From Lytechinus pictus (Eukaryota): a stretch of 64,000 nt of DNA. Where the stretch lies: the NCBI RefSeq assembly GCF_037042905.1, contig NC_087251.1:62001-126000 (forward strand), written 5' to 3'. This document shows positions 1 to 12,508 of this stretch, piece by piece (the first letter of the stretch is position 1; each line of letters begins with the position of its first letter). The notes under the pieces are model-generated. The model was given only the letters and a program-made list of their open reading frames with translations. It ran no database searches and was not told where the DNA came from. The translations under genes and the position numbers were made by a program.

Positions 1-11
1 AGTAGTTGATT

Positions 12-69
12 GTGCGCCTTGATTGTCATCGACAGATATGTGCGCTATACAAATCTTAAATTATTATTA
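12..69 (+). mobile_element. 3' tail of an L2-type LINE or SINE
   Basis: GTGCGCCTTGA...GTGCGCTATACAAAT followed by (TTA)n, the usual L2/SINE stem-loop plus short-repeat tail. The body lies outside the window. Confidence 0.4.
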
Positions 70-2002
70 ATATATTACAAAACAACTGCAACTCAGTTGA
101 CTTTCTTCATTTCTATCACATAAAGATATAAACAGCTCTTACTGCACATGCAGCATTTCATAAAAGTTTGAAACCTTCAGCTCTGAACTGGTATTTGCCA
201 TATTTTATTTTCCGCTTATTTGGCGCAGCTTTCTACTTTTAGACATTCAGATTATGTTTAATTGAGGCTAAATAATAGCTGAATAAAAAAATCATGAAAA
301 CCTAGTCAAGATCTGCAGATTTCCATCTATTTAAGCACTGAATAATCGCCAGTGACATTTAGCTGGGCAAATTGAAAAAAATATAGAATTAATAATCTGA
401 AAATGTGGAAGTAAATTTTTTACTTTATTTACACCGACACAGTGACAGGTTACCTAAAATCCTCGCCCAATCCGGCCCTAAGTTGCAGCCTTTCTCATCA
501 AAATTCTAGATTTCATGGGGCACCTTTTTTTTTTCAATCTGAAAATAACTGGCCGATTTTTTTTTCAAGAAAATCATATATTTCTCTCAAATCTTTCGAG
601 ACCCTTTGAGAACAATCCTCTTAAGAAAGTTAGGAACATTATCAACTGATTTTTTTTGTGGAATTAAAAAAAATCCTGGGTGCGCAGACATGGGCCCCCT
701 ACATAAAAAATTATATTGTTCGGATTTTTGTTGTTTTTGTGTTTTATTATTTATGTTGGTACCAAGGCGGCACATGAAGAGTAGAAGAAGAAAGAGTTTG
801 AAATTTAAATTCTAAATCGAATTGCACATAATATTATCAAGATATGATAAGACGAACTTAGAACCTTCTCCATTCCGAATCTTTTGGGTTCTCGCTTTCT
901 CTGTAAATTCAGAGGGGATAACTTCCTACAGGCATCTTTTTTATTATTATTATTCACTTTAATATGCCATGCGAGAATGATTTTCATCGACGAAAGATTT
1001 TAGTCCTAATATTTGGGTACGATAACATTTTATTCGATGACTGTGATAACTTTCTTTCAAAAGAAGGGATTTCCACATCTCTGGGACGCATTGTATGCCA
1101 TTACCCTTCGGGATTTAGAGACATGAGCCTTCAACCTCCTTTTCAGGAGGCGGACTCCCAAACCATTGAGCCAATAATACAGAAAACGAAACGCTGTTAA
1201 TTCCTACCTGCCTGTGTCCTAGCTTCTTATCATTAGAAGTAGGTTTAATGTATTTTTTTCATTTGATTATTGTTCTATATAGATTGCAAATGTTTTTAAC
1301 ATTAAAAGGGTCATAGTGGTTTAGACTGAAAAAAAACAATGCTATTCAATATGATTTGTGACGATGATCTACAGAAGATCCATATTCCTAATATACCAAC
1401 AAATTGGAAGTGAAATACATACAAACTATTCATCCTTTGTCATTTCAGCATGTTTATTGCTACTGTAGAATATAGTATTAAAGCAAAACAATTTAGAAGT
1501 GAGCGAAAATAATTCATAGAGGCCATCGAACTGAATTGAAAATGGGAACAATAGATATTAGCAAACATATTTCATAACTCTATCATTGACAAATCGCATT
1601 TACGTTTGTTTTCTCATTTCCCAGATCTGCTAGTAAAAGCTTTGGGGTATAATCTTGCCTATCCACCTCTTAAATTTGCCGGTCGATGCACTTATTTGCT
1701 TCATTTCTTGCGCGCGGTTATGGTTATTACCTATGGTTATTACTCTCACAAACCACACCCGCCAACAATTAAGTAGGAAATGTGAAGTGAAGTGGGTAGA
1801 GATTGCAATACGAAAAAATAATCACATAAGGCCTCGATACTGAGAAATAGGGGAAAATATGAAATCGTCGACTGAAAATTAAGTATACTTTACATTACAA
1901 ACATCATGGAATATTAGATTTACATGGAGTTTAATTATGCATTTACAAAGAGGTCTGTTTCTAGTTATACTTTGAATCGGTCTTCTTTTTCTTCTCGGGT
2001 CA

Positions 2003-2400
2003 CTACACAAGACCTGTCCAGTGGAGGGTACCAGATCTGACTTCGGGGTTAAAGGACTCCAGATCTCCGGCATTGCACGACTCTGGTAGGAGGGGGCAGA
2101 CCAAAAGGTGTTGCATCGTCTGATCCTCCCCCACTCTCGCAAGCAGTTTTGTAGCCCCATTTCTGCATAAAGAATTTGCACCGTCCTGTTCCAGACCGTA
2201 GGCGATTAAGACATGAATAGCCAGGTTGGCCATTCCTCACTTGAACCCGATGGAGTGACTCGCTAGGTCCATAGGGAATGTTGTGTTGGTTGAGGTGGTT
2301 GGATCATAAGTTGACCCTTTGATTGTGAGCAGAGCCATCGAGGGGTTCAGTCGAGTGAAGGAAACTACGTCTTGATTTGAGGGCCAAACTTGAAGAAGGG
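2003..2400 (-). mobile_element. Decayed 3' end of a non-LTR retrotransposon ORF2 with a C-terminal zinc knuckle (I/Ingi/RTE-X-like; clade uncertain)
   Basis: Frameshifted minus-strand peptides join as LKSRRSFLHSTEPL...LNRLRSGTGRCKFFMQKWGYKTACE...EDQTMQHLLVCPLLPESC, a typical post-RT CCHC region. Confidence 0.7.
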
Positions 2401-2479
2401 GCGTTCACGTGCTGTCAGGAATCCATCCTGCGAATCCTTCTTCCACACTACACAATTTCTACTACTTTGAATCGGTTAA

Positions 2480-2830
2480 GTTGGTATTATTTCTTAAACT
2501 TGGTGGAAGATAGTTCTATTGTACTTGTGCAGCTTTCTGGAAAGTCCGATCCCTATATGATTTGGTCTTGACAGTGATTTGAGATTTCTTGAAAACCGAA
2601 CGAAAGATTACGCTTGGGTTTATGAATTTGGACAAGTTCTTGAAGATAAGGAGGGGCAATACCATACATACATTTGAATTTTAATATGAGAAAAATACAA
2701 TTGATCCTTGATTGAATTAGTAACCAGTGAAGGTCAAAACACAAAATGGAGTTAAATGAATCCTTTTTCGAGTTACAGGTCTTGCTACAAAAAATGGATA
2801 TGTTGTCATTTGTCGAGCAGTGATTCCTGG
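2480..2830 (-). mobile_element. Decayed 3' ORF2 fragment of an L2/CR1-group LINE
   Basis: DLHWLLIQSRINCIFLILKFKCMYGIAPPYLQEL matches the LHWLP..RI..K....APxYL C-terminal motif. It is preceded by a frameshifted ARPVTRKRIHLTP (the AR....HITP motif). Confidence 0.65.
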
Positions 2831-3660
2831 TTTCAAAAAATCAAACTATTAGTATTATTAGTTGTATTATGTCATAATGTCAATTCCAATTTTTTTCTTC
2901 CTAGGCTAGGGGTCCGGAATATAGAGAAATTACAAAAAAAAACACTCTTATTGTATTTTGAACTTAATTAACTATTAGTAAACAGTACATAGAATAAAAC
3001 AAGAAGTAAAGGCTACAACCACGAACACCACTCCCCTCGTAAAAAAATCTCAGATGTCGATGTAAAATTGAATCTTTGATCTCGAAGATATATAATTATT
3101 TCATTTAATTACTTATTTACTTATCAAACATATCAATGAAGGATAACATGTTAGATAAAGCAATTTGTTTTTCAACACGGTCCTGATACATTCAAAATAT
3201 ATAACAACAATGAAAATGCATACAATAACTAAGATACTGAGTATACTTAATTTACAATAGAGGGAGCTGGAGGACAGATACTGATGCAGAGTTCAGAAAA
3301 AATTGCATAAAAAAGAGAAGAGAGAGGAAAATAGAGACAGTGTGCTTATGTATAGGATAGAAGAGAGAGAGAAAGATTGAGGAGAGAATGACGTGCAACA
3401 ATATAATACTGAATAAACTATAATGAGACAATGACATATGGATAAGATATCAGTCTACTCTCAATTTAAAAAAAATAGTTATTTTTGTACCACCGCTTAA
3501 AGGGTAGGAGGTTTGGAGTAATGGTATTTTTTAGTAGTAGATTCGGTAGATTTTTAGTATGTTATTCCTGAGGTCACATAGTACCCCAAAACTGTTGAAA
3601 AATCATTTGTTGCAATTTTTTCCGGGTAAGGGTATTTTTGGTCGTATATTGACCCGTCTA

Positions 3661-4063
3661 TAAGGCATGACTGCAATGAATGACTCCAGATGCCAATGAT
3701 GTCATAGTCCTACATGAGTTACAGTATTTGCAATTTTCAATCAATTTAACTTGAGAAGTGATACTAAAATGTGCATATTAAACAATTATAATGTAAATTA
3801 CTGAAATGGTGATTTGAAATTGATTTAAATGTAACCCTTGTAGGATTATTACATCATTGACATTGGGATTCATTGCAGTCATGCCTTAAATTGGCGAAAA
3901 TTTTAAATCACTGCAAAGAATACCTCATGTTTATCCAAGCCTTAATACATACCAAACAAATGTGTTATCAAATTATTTTTAGACCATATATAATAATTAA
4001 ATGTTCATGACATATTTTTCCTTAAATTGGAGATTTGTGAGGTGTCAAGTTTTTTTCACACTG
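3661..4063. mobile_element. Partial Tc1/mariner-like MITE related to 18517-19156
   Basis: Internal inverted repeat TAAGGCATGACTGCAATGAAT / ATTCATTGCAGTCATGCCTTA (3661-3889). The right end TTTTCCTTAAATTGGAGATTTGTGAGGTGT...CACACTG|TA resembles 19100-19156. Confidence 0.5.
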
Positions 4064-5262
4064 TATAGTCGTCATCTGCTAAATTCAACCACAACACAGC
4101 TAGATTGTGAAGATGTACTCACTTTTTTTGTGGTTTTCCTATCCAGATAATTTCTTATTTCACCAATTTTATGATAGCCAATTGCTGCTCCCTACAAATA
4201 TCGTTAACACGGGGCTTCCCTCATACTTTATTTTGACAATTACCAATAGATATTGTGCCTTGGGGATAGGGTTAATAATAGAAACATCAACATTTAGGGT
4301 GGAAATATCATCTGAGTTTCTGTGACAAAATGTAATATGCAAATTTGAATTCTCAAATTTCTCAGAATTACACTTCAAATTATTTAAAGTTGACCATTTC
4401 ATAATTCCATTCAAATTCAATTCGGTTTTATAACGATATACTCATAAAAAATCCGAAGAATAACATTGTGAGTTTACAATCGAACATATTTTAAAAATAT
4501 ATCATACAAAATTAATATATAAAATGCACTACCCATTCGACGACCTACACAAAGAAAAAAGTATATTATAGTTATATTTCAAGAACGACTCTGTCTTGGG
4601 GAATATTGTACTACGGTATTTATCTGAGAACATCGAATAGCACACACATAACTATGCGTATAAAGACAAAACTGTGATGGGTAGAACACTCGTAACAAGG
4701 TGTGATACCTCCAATGAGTAGGCTACAGCCCGAACCCTACACAATAAATCGTTGAATTATCGCAATGAACAAGCCTTCACTTTGCTCTTAAAGAAACATT
4801 TGATATAAAAGTAAAGTGCATGTAATTGATTGTGGGGAACTTTTAATTTATATCATTCATGTATACTATTTGACAATGACACATGTCTTCCGCCATTATT
4901 TCATGTGGTCTTGTCACGTAATCGTTATTCATATCTTCCTAATTAGTAATTACCGTATACACCAAGTCAGTCATTATTAAAGACTGAGCGAAGCTGATCC
5001 CACAAGAATATTGATGCCTTGTGTTACTATGGCAACAACAATCCTTGTCATCTCTCTCCCTCTCTTATTGAGATAGGGAGGGAGAGATACGATAATATCA
5101 CGGATTGAAATGTACTTTGCACGCATTTACATCACTGCTCCTAAATGACTTCAGCAGTCTTCTCCCAATGCCAGTTCCTTACTTAGTAGTCGCACATATA
5201 TATATACGCTTTGCGTTTTGCGCACTGCGTTTCTTGGTGATGTTGACTAATAAATTCATCAT

Positions 5263-5295
5263 TTCCTGATGAAGCCCTATGGGCGAAAATTTGAT
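5263..5295 (+). ncRNA. Minimal type I hammerhead-ribozyme-like motif (PLE-type), weak stem I
   Basis: CTGATGA-A-GCCC-TAT-GGGC-GAAA-ATTT, with a palindromic AAATTT stem III. It sits in a ~150-bp island between TA tracts. Confidence 0.5.
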
Positions 5296-5359
5296 CTAAC
5301 TTTTCTCTCTACGGTTGTTTTATTCACCTTGTATTTTGCTTTATATATCTATATATATA

Positions 5360-7980
5360 TGCAGCAATGGAGATACACACCTGAAAGTTGACCCTGAGTC
5401 AAGCGACTTGAAGTCAATTTACTCAGAGTCATGTTCAGGACTTAGAATTTTTTCGAGCTCAGAGAGTGTACTGCGGGCGGCAACGGAGTGCTATATCACG
5501 ATTGCAGTTTCTTTCAGTTGATTTTTCTAACATGTTGTCTGTTTTCTTGATAAATGTTCAACTGGTTTGAGTTATTGCTTGGTTATTCATCTCTATTTGC
5601 GTTTCCTGTATTAATTATAATGCCTTAATAACAAAATAATGAGTCTAGATTTGTCATTGTAATGTTCCACGCAGAGCGATTAATGTGGGGTTGTGGTCGC
5701 TTATTAGAACATCCACTATACGTACGTGCATAGACCTACTGCGTAGGGTGTAGTCTTATTCCAGGAATAAATAAATAAGTAAAATAATAATTATAACAAT
5801 GCTCTAAAATTGTTTGGTTTTGTTTTTGTTGTTCAAACTGTGGTGTGATATTATGGTTCGACGCTTATTTTCCAAGATTCGTCAATTTTGACATCCAATA
5901 AAGTGTACTGACAGTGGCGTAGGCCTACTTCTGGTAGGGTTTGTGTCCGCGCTGCTGTTCCCCCATCCCCCATATTTTCTTCAAAAGGTTTGTGTGTGTA
6001 TGTGTGTGTGTGTGTGTGTGTGCGCGCGCATGTATGAAAATGTCGATTAATTTGATTTGATTTGATTTGTCAAGTTGAAAATGTAGATCTAGGCCGGATG
6101 AGGCAATTCTTGGTAGATCTATTGACATTGAATTGTACTTTTTTCAACATAATTAAAATACTAGATCTAGATCTATATGGTAACTATGTCAGATTTCGAT
6201 ACATATCGCCCCGCAACGCTAAAAAAAATCCACAAAGAGAGTCATAACAACTTGAGGTAAGATGACTACCACCATTATTGACCTGAAGTCAGCAAACTAA
6301 AACATATCATCACTTTGAGTCGATTTTAATGAGGGATATATTACTTTATATACTTCATATATTTTAGGTCAGTTTCACGCTAAATTAAGATACCAGTTGC
6401 TCCACCCCCCCCCCAAAAAAAAAAAACTATTATATTAAGATATGGACAGGATATGGGAATAGCGTAATGTCATCTATTCCTGAAAACCCACAAAGAGAGT
6501 CATAACAACTTCAGGTAAGATGTATACCACCATTATTGACCTCAAGTCAGCTAAGTAAAGTATATCATCACTTTGAGTCGATTATATTAAGGGATATAAG
6601 GTAATGTTATCTACTCCTGAAAATCCACAAATAGAGTCATAACAACTTCAGGTAAGATGAATACCACCATTATTGACCTCAAGTCAGCAAACTAAAACAT
6701 ATATTCTCTTTGAGTTGATTATATTAAGGGATATAAGGTAATGTTATCTAGTCCTGAAAATCCACAAAGAGAGTCATAACAACTGAACACACAGTCCCAT
6801 TCGCACGAAATCGCCTGGGCATTGCTGCATTAAGTCTCCATGCTGCAGAACTACTGGCGAGGAATGTGCGTCTTTAAATATCAACTCCCCCCCCCCCCCC
6901 AAATAAAAAATAAATAAATGAATAAATGGAAAAAAATAGTATGGGTAGATATGATACGTGGATGTCGGACATGCCGGGATAAATTAAATGTCTCTAGACA
7001 ATGTACACACATGAAAACCATAAAGTGACCCAAAACTTCAAGTAAAGTTAATACTACCCATAAAACCCGCAAGTCATCTAATAAAAAAACATGTCATCAC
7101 TTTTAGTCAGTTACATGAAGGAATATAATCACACGACTGAGGTTGTTTAATTAACAGTTTTATGCAAAATCATCATATCAATTCCCCCCCCCCCCCCCCC
7201 CCGCTGGTAAAAAAAAAGGTCATAGACAGGGTATGGGATGAGGTAATGTTATCTCAACATGAAAATCCATGAAGTGAGGCATAACAACATCAAGTTAAGT
7301 GAATACTACAGACAGTGACCTCCAGTCACCGTTCAAAAACATTCCATCACTTTTAGTCCATTATATCAAGAAATGTAATCATAATACTGAGTATTATGCT
7401 ATATTAATATATCAACTGCACCCTCCCCCAAAAAAAAAAATTGAGACATGGACAGGATCTATGATATGTTATGTATACATCGAAATCAAGTCGATCTACC
7501 TTTGTTTTCATTTTTATTGTTAATTCAAATATCAACTGCCCCCCCCCCCCCCCAACTGCAGCCCTGGAAACCCTACTAATCTAGGCCTCAGTACACTTAA
7601 TTGGATGTAATCCAAATTGAATTCAATGAACAAATATTTTGGTGATTAATCTTGGAACCATATTATTCAACTACAAAAAAATCCAAATTTTACTATTTTT
7701 TTTTAGTTATTTATTCGTTCCTGGAATAAGACTCCACTTTTTCACAAAATCAGCTGTCGCTCCGCAGAACACACAGCAGGTCTATGAATGTACGTAGTGG
7801 CTGTTCTAATAAGCGATCACACCCCCCAACTGTGTTTCCCATCGTGAAAGCACTCCATTGCCGCCCGTAGTACACTCTCCGAGCTCAAAAAATTCTAAGT
7901 CCTGAACATGACTCTGAGTAAATTGACTTCAAGTCGGTTGACTCGGGGTCAACTTTCAGGTGTGTATCTCCATTGCTGCA
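5360..7980. mobile_element. Non-autonomous DNA element with long inverted termini, inserted in a TA tract
   Basis: 5360-5503 is the near reverse complement of 7841-7980 (TGCAGCAATGGAGATACACACCTGAAAGTTGACC...). Further inverted blocks pair 5690-5785 with 7690-7825 and 5870-5910 with 7585-7655. Confidence 0.85.
6224..6785. repeat. ~137-bp tandem repeat inside the TIR element
   Basis: AAAATCCACAAAGAGAGTCATAACAAC recurs at ~6226, 6483, 6620 and 6757. Degenerate copies occur near 7012 and 7261. Confidence 0.85.
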
Positions 7981-8360
7981 TATAGCAATATATATATATA
8001 TTTAATATATACACAACAAAAAAAGTAAGTCCCCCCTAAATCAAATTGCTGTAACTTTTGAACGGAATTATTTTGAGATATATGATATTCCGTAGGTGGT
8101 TTTCTACACTCATTAAGCAACTCCTGGGGGAAAATAAGATTGATCGGTTGAGTCATGCATGAGTAATTAAAGATTGAATTAAAAATGACCATTTTTGAAA
8201 GTCACAAGAGTCGTTTTTCAGATTGTGCAAATACTAAGTTGGGCAAATGTTGTCTTTAGGTGAATTTTATGGTGTTATGCTGTTTTACTATCCATCATTT
8301 AGCCACTCCACACACAATTTTGATATAATATGTTCATGGTTGAGTGAGCATAATGTATTG

Positions 8361-8522
8361 CAGGGGCCGCGGAAGCGGGGGGGGGGGCTGGGCGGGGAGC
8401 TTCAGCCCCCTCCCCCACTTTTTTCCAAAAGCATGTACAAAAATGACCATACGATTGTGATTTTTTGCATGGTCAGCACCCCCCCCCCCCCCCCCACTTT
8501 GAAAACCCTTCCCCGGCCCCTG
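8361..8522. mobile_element. hAT-like MITE with 5-bp TSD
   Basis: TIRs CAGGGGCCGCGGAAG / CTTCCCCGGCCCCTG. TATTG is duplicated at 8356-8360 and 8523-8527. Confidence 0.8.
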
Positions 8523-10049
8523 TATTGTGACGTATCATCATAGGGGTTTATGGTAGTATCCTCTACAACTTGTTAGATCATGTTAAAATTTGAAAATGTT
8601 GGTGGCTCCCCCGATTATATGCCCCTCCCCATTTAAAAAGTTTGGACCCACCACTGATTTGTCCATAAATTAAACTGATCATGAAAAATTGTTAGGAAAA
8701 GAATACATTTATGCAGTATAAAGAGTATTCATTCCTAAGTTTTCGAATGTGCTCGCTCAACCATGAAAATGTTTAAAGTTCGGAAAGTGTGTGGTGATAG
8801 AAATGATGGATGATAAAAACAATAGCAATTAAAGTCTTATTTGAAAGCGAATTTGCCCCTAATATTCACTTTATTACCCTTTAAAATGAGTCTGTGACAT
8901 TGAAAATACAAATTTTCCCACTTTGATGCGTGCTCACTCATCCATAAATAAACAAATCGATTTCAGTTTTGCACAGAATTCTGCCCATAGGTTGATAAAC
9001 ATTACTGCCAAATGACATTGCTAAAGACAGCCGTGAAAAAAAGTTCCACCATATTGAATAAGGGGTTACTTATTCTTAAACATGTGCACCCATAATGTAC
9101 ACAAGTCTATGAGAGACGAAGTCAAAATTTTAACAAATATGAAATGAGGGTTTGTTTCATGGACGGTTTTTGTTACTTCTGCCAATAGCTATTTCATGAA
9201 ACTTCGTACATGGCTTCAGAGTTACACTATCCAAAAGGCGCGCACACCAAAATAACCATTCGATACGACACAGAGTGGGGCCAAGGCCTTGAACTTTCTT
9301 CTCATTTGCATAATTTTCGAATATTGTGTGCTCACTGATGCATTAAACATCGGGATTTTCATAAAAATCAAATCAAATGAACTATGCAAGGAGGTTTGTG
9401 ACAGATATCCATAGTAACAAATTGCATTTTTTCCAATAACGTAAAAAAGAGCTAACCGCATTCCACATGTTCATTCAAGCGTGGATATTTAATTAAACGC
9501 CTTTGAACCATTGAAGCAAGTTAATTGGTCATGAACAGAACGAAAAAGTTGAGAAAAGATCATTTTCAGTTCCCAAAATGAACAAATACTTGCCTATGAT
9601 ATTTGAAAATCGTATTTTTTTTTCAATAAATGTTCATTGAACCGTGAAACGATGAATATTGTTGAAGAAACTCTTCCAAAACTAACTGTCATCATATTCT
9701 ATAATTTGTATTGATATAAATGTGTAAAAAATCCAATTATAGCAAATTTGGACTTGTATTTATTAAACCGTGAAATTTAGCAAAAAAAGTTGTATCGTCT
9801 TTTAGAGAGTACCTTTTACAAACCTTCTGACTATTTTTTATGATGAGAATGTGGAATTAGTTCCAATAAAATGGAGTCAAAGTCATGATATTTGGCTTGT
9901 GACTTTTGAAAAGTGACATTTTTGCCTTCTGACGGTGCTCACTGAAGCATGAAGTGAAATACGTCCATAACGTTTACTCAGAGGGTAGCTTATAAAATTA
10001 CCTACACGCTCATGTAAAAATATATTAAAAACTCGCATTGGATCCCTAA

Positions 10050-10084
10050 GTCTCGCCTTCACCTCTGGTGGGCGAGACAAAAAG
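10050..10084 (-). other. Terminal hairpin next to a T-run, possibly the end of a Helentron-type non-autonomous element
   Basis: GTCTCGCC-N13-GGCGAGAC followed by an A-run. The other end was not identified. Confidence 0.3.
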
Positions 10085-10325
10085 GGTCAAATATAGCGGT
10101 ACCATGTGTACTTGTACAGCAGAATAATATGAAAAGGGGACGGCATACGGGACGGTATACAGCACAACATGTAAATGGGGATAAAGTGTGTACTGCAAGA
10201 GCAAAACGTGATAAAGGGGCAGTATACCGGAGCAGTGTGTACAGCAAATTATGATGAAAGGGGACAGCGTACCGATAAAGTGTGTACAGCAAAACATGAT
10301 AGGGGGACAGTATACCGATACAGTG
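10085..10325. repeat. ~43-45-bp minisatellite, first block; continues at 11322-11382 and 15355-15373
   Basis: Degenerate GGGGCAGTATACCGGTACAGTGTGTACAGCAAAACATGATAA units. Confidence 0.85.
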
Positions 10326-11319
10326 CCCGGGGGGCCACTTCCATTGACGAGTAATACCATGCGCGACCATGGGGTCCCGAAAAGCACCCTAAACAAGTAT
10401 TTTCCATATTCTGAAAATGCACCCCTTAACAATTATTGGCGTATGAAACCCTAGCCTTAACAAGTATTGGAAACAAAACGATACCCTTAATTGGCAAGTT
10501 ATTCCCTGAATTGAACCCCTAAACAAGTACAGCGATATTTTAAAGGAAATCAAAACCCGGAGAGAAATAATCTTATTGGAAAGAGTAAAATGAGAGGAAC
10601 AATTTAAAACAAGTTTCATCAAATCGGTTGTGAATTAAGCAAGTTAAGGACGTTTAAAAGGTCGTTGTACTATTTATGGGATCCTCATATTGGCAATCAT
10701 GCTTCAAACTGGCTGATTTGTGGACAACTCTCCATTTGTTTTGTACACAAGTTTTCAGATTTTCCCCATTATCTTTCACATTGTATCTTGCCTCCTTCTG
10801 GGCATAACATATGTCATGAGAAAATAATTCACACGACATATGTCAAGGTCAGGAGGAAATGATGTGAAATTAAGGGTAAAATCTGAAACTTGTTTTAAAT
10901 TGTTCCTCTTGTTTTACTCTTTTCAATAAGATTGCTTCTCTTCTTGGGTTTTGGATTCCTTTAATTGTTATATGACGTCGGTTTTACCTTTATCTACATC
11001 ATTGGGTTTAGTACAGCCCCACCTCCCACACCTCGCGCAAATCGGATTCTAAACACGTGGTGTTGACTGTTGGGGCAAAAAGTACATCCCCTATATAACA
11101 TTTTTTAGTCTTTTTACTCTCGCAAATTTGACCTTAAACACGTAGCTTTCCTAGCGAAATAGATACCCTTTTTTCATTATTTTAGTGTTTTTGACACCCT
11201 TATTACGTTACGTACGAAACGTGCCCTATCTTGAAAAAGACATGATTTTTACGTGGTTTTTTTTGGGGGGGTCGCACATGGTATGCACTCGTCAATGTAA
11301 GTGCCCCCCCCCCCCCCCG
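10326..11319. mobile_element. MITE with CCCGGGGG termini, inserted in the minisatellite
   Basis: CCCGGGGGGCCACTTCCATTGACGAGT ... ACTCGTCAATGTAAGTGCCCCC..CG. The same TIR family is nested at 13993-14291 and in the two sister copies. Confidence 0.8.
10544..10960. mobile_element. TTAA-target MITE (Kolobok-like)
   Basis: TTAA|AGGAAATCAAAACCC ... GGGTTTTGGATTCCT|TTAA, with imperfect TIRs of ~75 bp. Confidence 0.8.
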
Positions 11320-11685
11320 TGATGAAAAGGCTACAGTATAACGATACAGTGTGTACAGCAAAACATGATGAAAAGGGGACAGCATAGGGCGGATCCAGTC
11401 ATGAATATGCATATGTTGGTCCAGAACTCGGTGGGAAAAATAATTTCGCGGCCCGCCCCCCCCCCCCCTTATTGGCGGAGCAAAAAAAGACAAAAAAAGA
11501 GGGAGAAAGCAAGGAAAAAAAGAAAAAGACGGGAAAAGAGATGGGAAAAAAGGAGAAACATAAAAGTAGGAAGAAGAGTGGATAAAATAAGATTAGGGGA
11601 AGACTTGGAAATAAATAAAAAGAAAAATCTTTCATGTCACTATATAAACTTTTCGCTCGCATTGCCATTTAGGTGATTTACATAT

Positions 11686-12508
11686 GAAGAGTTCGGTTGC
11701 AAAATGGTTAGGTCCACTTTGGACCATTCCGAGAAAAGTCATGTTTTTTATTCTCACTTATTGCAATATTCTTATGAGAACTAAATTGCAATGATGTTCT
11801 ACCCTATCATGTGAACATAAAATTGGGAATAAAAGAAATTTACCTGTCTTCATTTTTTTATACATTTTAAAAAATATATCATTGTGGACCTAACCCCTTT
11901 TGCAAGCAAACCAAAATGAATCCAATCTCTTTTGAATAAAAAAGCGATTTTTCTTTGCCACCTTTATTCATGTTTTATTGTGAATTTCAAAATTTCTATG
12001 GTATCATCACAGCGACTAAAAATCTATAGGTTTTGAGACAGAAAAACAATAAAATTTAAGAAAAATGGACCTAACCCCTTCTGACAAATGAGCTCTTCAG
12101 AAGAGTTTGGTTGCAAAAGGGGTTAGGTCCACTCATAGAAAATCATTTTTTTTTAATTATCCCATATTGCAATACCGGTATTCTTATGCGAAACTAAATT
12201 GTCATGATAACCTACCATGTGAACATAACATTGGGTATGAAAGAAATCTACCTGTCTTCATATTTTTTTAATTTTCTTTTCCAAAAAAATTCTTTGTGGA
12301 CCTAAACCTTTTGCAACCAAACTGAAATGGACCTAACCCCTTTTGAAATAAAAAGTGATTTTTCTTTGCCATTTTTGTTCACTTTTTAATGGGAATTTCA
12401 ACTTTTCTTTGGTATCATCTTTTAGAGCTACTAAAAATTTATACATTGACACATAAAAATCAAATTTGTTGAAAAATGGACCTAACCCCTTTTGCAACTG
12501 AGCTCTTC
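11686..12508. mobile_element. Head-to-tail dimer of a ~410-bp MITE with GAAGAG termini (Sola-like, tentative)
   Basis: Copy 1 is 11686-12098 and copy 2 is 12100-12508. Each runs GAAGAGTT(C/T)GGTTGCAAAA..GGTTAGGTCCA to TGGACCTAACCCC..TGAGCTCTTC. The flanks are ATAT and ATAA. Confidence 0.8.
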
